The position numbers and the translations under genes were made by a program. A DNA stretch of 64,000 nucleotides, from NCBI RefSeq assembly GCF_964355755.1, contig NC_092677.1, positions 23,485,175-23,549,174 of the forward strand, read 5' to 3'. Shown here one piece after another: positions 60,293-64,000 of this stretch; positions within the stretch are counted from its first letter, which is position 1; the number at the start of each line of letters is the position of its first letter. The notes under the pieces were generated by a model. The model ran no database searches, had not been told where the DNA came from, and saw nothing but the letters and a program-made list of their open reading frames with translations. Source of the stretch: Antedon mediterranea. Lineage: Eukaryota > Animalia > Echinodermata.

Positions 60293-60377
60293 CTAATTGT
60301 TCCATCCATTGAACATGAATACAAAACATTAGGATTACATGGGCTGAATCGAACCCCTGTGATAGATTTTTCATGAC
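60293..60377 (-). CDS. WDR89: WDR89 coding exon (most 5' coding exon found; earlier exons are outside the window)
   Basis: tttttttttag|GT CAT...AG|gtaaat, 85 bp, phase 1/2. Reads GHEKSITGVRFSPCNPNVLYSCSMDGTIR, a GH...WD repeat completed by the next exon. Confidence 0.93.
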
Positions 60378-61555
60378 CTAAAAAAAAGAACAACCATTTT
60401 ATGTTATTTTATCTATTTAATAAATCAATATTGATGACCTACATAGCAAGCATCATACATTTATAATATGAATAACACATAATTCCATATTACGGTGGCA
60501 TTACAATTATTAATTATTTATAATGGAATTTAAACTATAACCTGATCAATAAACATAAATAAAAAACCGTTTATGTAATATATGTTTGTTTTTTGTTTGT
60601 AAAACTAGGCTAGCGAGCAATCAATGTTTTAACCAACTATTGCCATTTTTGTTGTAAATGTCATGTTGCTTTTTTTCTGACAATAAATGAATGAATAAAT
60701 AAAACAAGACAAATATTGTGCACAAAAAAAACCCATTAACTACTTCAGATTTAAAGCTAAACACAGTAGGAAAAACCACCAAACCCAAGACAAAACTGGA
60801 AAACATGGGTACATTCTGGGTTGACTACATGCTGAATGTATTACGCATAACTTATCCGGATACTGTTTATAAAAGAAAGCACTTCCGACAATTATGACTG
60901 TCAGTTGAGATCACTATAAAATGCATGTTTTCAATGAATATTGGGAAGATGAATTTATCAAAACTAGCACACCTATTAGAGTTGTACGATAATGAAAGCA
61001 ATACCGCAGTAGCAGAGCAATACATTGTCTTGATTAATTAATCAATATTGGTTCATTATCGCTGATCGTCAAGCTTTTAATCTGAATAATATAGAATTTC
61101 CGTAGCAATCACACCTGATAATGATGGGCACACAGATTTAAAAAAGTACATATAGAGTCAAGAGAAGATGTGATGTGCAAAAAGACTAAAAATCATATTA
61201 AACGATATTTTGAAAGATAACAAGTGTAAACACAATAGTATTAAGTGTTTGCTGGCTGCCTAAAAATAATTTTAAATCAGTGAAAATATTGCAGGCACCT
61301 ACAGTACAGTAATTGTCAATTGTAAATGGGGTCTATGTTAAAGGTACCGTAGTAGCAATAGTTTTTAAAAACAAGCAAGATTACAAAACTACTGTTTAGT
61401 CAATATAAGGCAACCATTGTAAAAAATGTTATTCATTCAAATTATTTAATGTTCTAAAATTAAAATTGCGAAACTTCGAAATTGACTACTCATCAAGTTT
61501 TAACAAAACAGTGACCGACAAAGTTAATTTTACATCTCAAGTTTGTGAAGAGATG

Positions 61556-61982
61556 GATCTGGAGAGATGATCCGAGGAAACATGAAAACATGTGGTTAAG
61601 AATAGCAAAATAAAGGAGATAAATATAGAACTTTGGAAGAGGGATATGACCTGCATATGTCCCAAAAAGAAACATTTATTCTATAATTGTCCTATCCATC
61701 TGGAGAGATGATCCGAGGAAACATGAACACATGTGGTTGAGAATAGCAATAAAAGGAGTTAAATATAGATCGAGCTATGGATATGTCTTGCAGTGGACTG
61801 CTAAATCCCCAAGAAGAAACATTATTCTATAATTGTCCTATCCATCTGGGGAGATGATCCGAGGAAACATGTAAACACCTGGTTGTTGAGAATAGCAAAA
61901 AAAGAAGTTAAATAGAGAACTTTGGATATGTCCTACAGTGGACTGCTAAATCCCCAAGAAACATTTTATAATTGTTCTATCA
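61556..61982. repeat. Three diverged tandem copies of a ~140-bp unit
   Basis: ATCTGGAGAGATGATCCGAGGAAACATG...GAATAGCAA...AAATATAGA...TATAATTGTCCTATCCA occurs at ~61556, ~61698 and ~61843. Confidence 0.9.
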
Positions 61983-64000
61983 TTTTGCAGTTTGTTTGAA
62001 GTTCATTTTGTTTTGTTGCAGAGAGTGAGCTCAAAAATAAGCTTTCATCTAAATATAGAACTTAAACTGTTAATAACCCATAATTCAGTTTTAATAAATG
62101 CCATGAATATGACTCTCTATATCGAATATTAATCTCTCAATTTTATAAAAAATTGGCTTTTCTATATAAAAAAAACAAATATTAACTTAGACTTCAATAT
62201 ATAAATTATGCTTAATTCTGAAATAAGATTTTGTACAGATCTCCTCCTTGGATACCTACCCTATCTGTCTAATGTATTTTGTAACATTAGTGTTCACCAT
62301 TACTATATTGTTTCCTACAGTATATCTCTCTTAGGAAGATATCATCAAGGGTTTTAAAACAAAATTTCTGATTTCATCGGTAGATTTTTAACCGTCACCG
62401 TGGTAGAAGTAATTAGTCATCACTTTGCGTTTTCCGGTATTTTCTGCCCCCTCAATATTGACCATTGTTTATTTTCAGGGGCCGTAGCATGATTGCAAAG
62501 TGGGCAAGTTAGTACTAGATACTGTATAATGAGGGGATCTCTTCATGTTGACTAGTCAAGAACAGGAAATTTATCCTGGAAACAACAATGCGTTTTCTTT
62601 TGAGGTTTAATTATCAAAAAATGTTATTATATATTAAAAATGTTCATAAAAATATAGAAGGTTCATAATTAAGAAGTATGAAAATGAAAAGGTTGACATT
62701 TGAAGCAATCTTATGGTATCATATGCAATTATCATGTCATTCATAAATGAATATATTTAGAACATTGATTGAGTAAAGCTTTGATGAAAACAAGCGTAAC
62801 GAGTGCAATTATTGCCATGGAAATGGCTTCTCTAACGGAAGTAGGCACAAAAGGGCACGAATTGAAATATTTTAATAACAAAGTATGGTCTGTGTTTTGT
62901 GATGTTAATAAATTTATTAAATCTATGTTTGATATTTTATGCTCTAAAATATGCTCATGAAATAACTAACATTTTGAAACAAATAGTTAACAAACGATTA
63001 TTAAAATCCCGTTTCCCATTTCCAGCATGTCGATGGTATCAACATGCGATTGGGGTGGGGGGGGGGGGGATTTGGACATGATCTGGGATCTGGAGATTTA
63101 ATTGTTTTCATTAGATCCGGCGTGTTTATGACGGCGTGTTTATGATTTGATTCATTTACGTCATTTCTCAAGCCATAGGTGACAGTTCAATGCATACATT
63201 CCATCCAAACATCAATCAATCAATCAAAATTAACATTTATTTCCAAAATGGTGGCATCACCAATAAGCAAATGCTTGTGTCAGGGACGCCAAAAATAAAA
63301 CAGGACATAAAGCAGTACATTTCAACTGCAGTATAAATCATATTAATGAATAAAAGCCACTCCTGAAAATACTTTCAGATGCAGGGCTAACATTGTGGAA
63401 TATATATTGATTGCCAATCAAGAGGCATCTCTGGGCTAATAGGTCATTCCAAGAAATCTCAAAGTTAAATACAGTCCTCTGGGAACACCTACATCAAGGA
63501 GACACTTTCAATTTTCATGCAAAACAAATAAGGGAGAATATATTTTCTAACACTATCAGGGGACATCCTATTAAAATGTTCCATAGGGTTAGTGTATATG
63601 GAAAGCACATTTTTGGCAATCAAGTCATAGCATACATCTAGAAATGTCTTTAGGAATGTCACTCTTAAATACTTACTTACATACAGGAAGGTGCCACATT
63701 AAGGGGTATATTTTTGTGGGCCTGGTAGCACAAGTGAGGAAAAAAGTGCAAAATTTTTGTTGTATATTTCTGAGGTGTGAAATGATGGGGTGAAATTAGT
63801 AGTTTACAGCTATTTTTTATCGCACAGTTTTAGCGGGGATTTTAGTTATTCTGGATGCTAAGCTCATCACTAAAGGGGTCCTACATTTGAATCATTGAAA
63901 CCTACCTGCAAACAAAACAGACATAAAATACTGTATGTGTTAGTTCTCCTTCTGTGTGGTATATTTGTATCTTTTTTTGTTTTCATTATATTTGTATATA

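Noticed and set aside
63770-63875. Box C/D snoRNA (GTGATGA on the minus strand)
   Set aside because: There is no properly placed CTGA box D with a terminal stem and no recognisable rRNA guide.

Overview
AT-rich, intron-rich animal genomic DNA, not prokaryotic; the repeat content suggests a marine invertebrate, possibly an echinoderm (inference). There are two real protein-coding genes, both on the minus strand. The first is a WDR89 orthologue that the ORF track misses: 10 phase-consistent GT-AG coding exons between 60377 and 21856, plus a probable last exon at 18312-18359; its 5' exons lie outside the window. The second is the large kinase exon of PSKH1 (8123-8971), whose last coding exon I could not find. 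The rest is intronic or intergenic. It contains a frameshifted Penelope-like GIY-YIG 3' end, many non-autonomous DNA transposons with visible TIRs/TSDs (hAT, PIF/Harbinger, piggyBac-like, Kolobok-like, pogo/Tc1-like, MULE/foldback), Helentron-type HINEs, Deu/Nin-domain SINEs, LINE tails and several satellites. Most ORFs in the track, including the 951-aa one, are repeat artefacts. Two signals stand out. (1) A family of ~170-bp near-perfect hairpin elements has a minimal hammerhead ribozyme core in the loop, resembling the motif behind the Penelope ORF. (2) TA-CAG-TA/TA-CTG-TA motifs are in strong excess, form chains, and in places are demonstrably 5-bp insertions at a TA, which looks like mass accumulation of Tc1/mariner-type excision footprints. 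All analysis was by eye; no searches were run.
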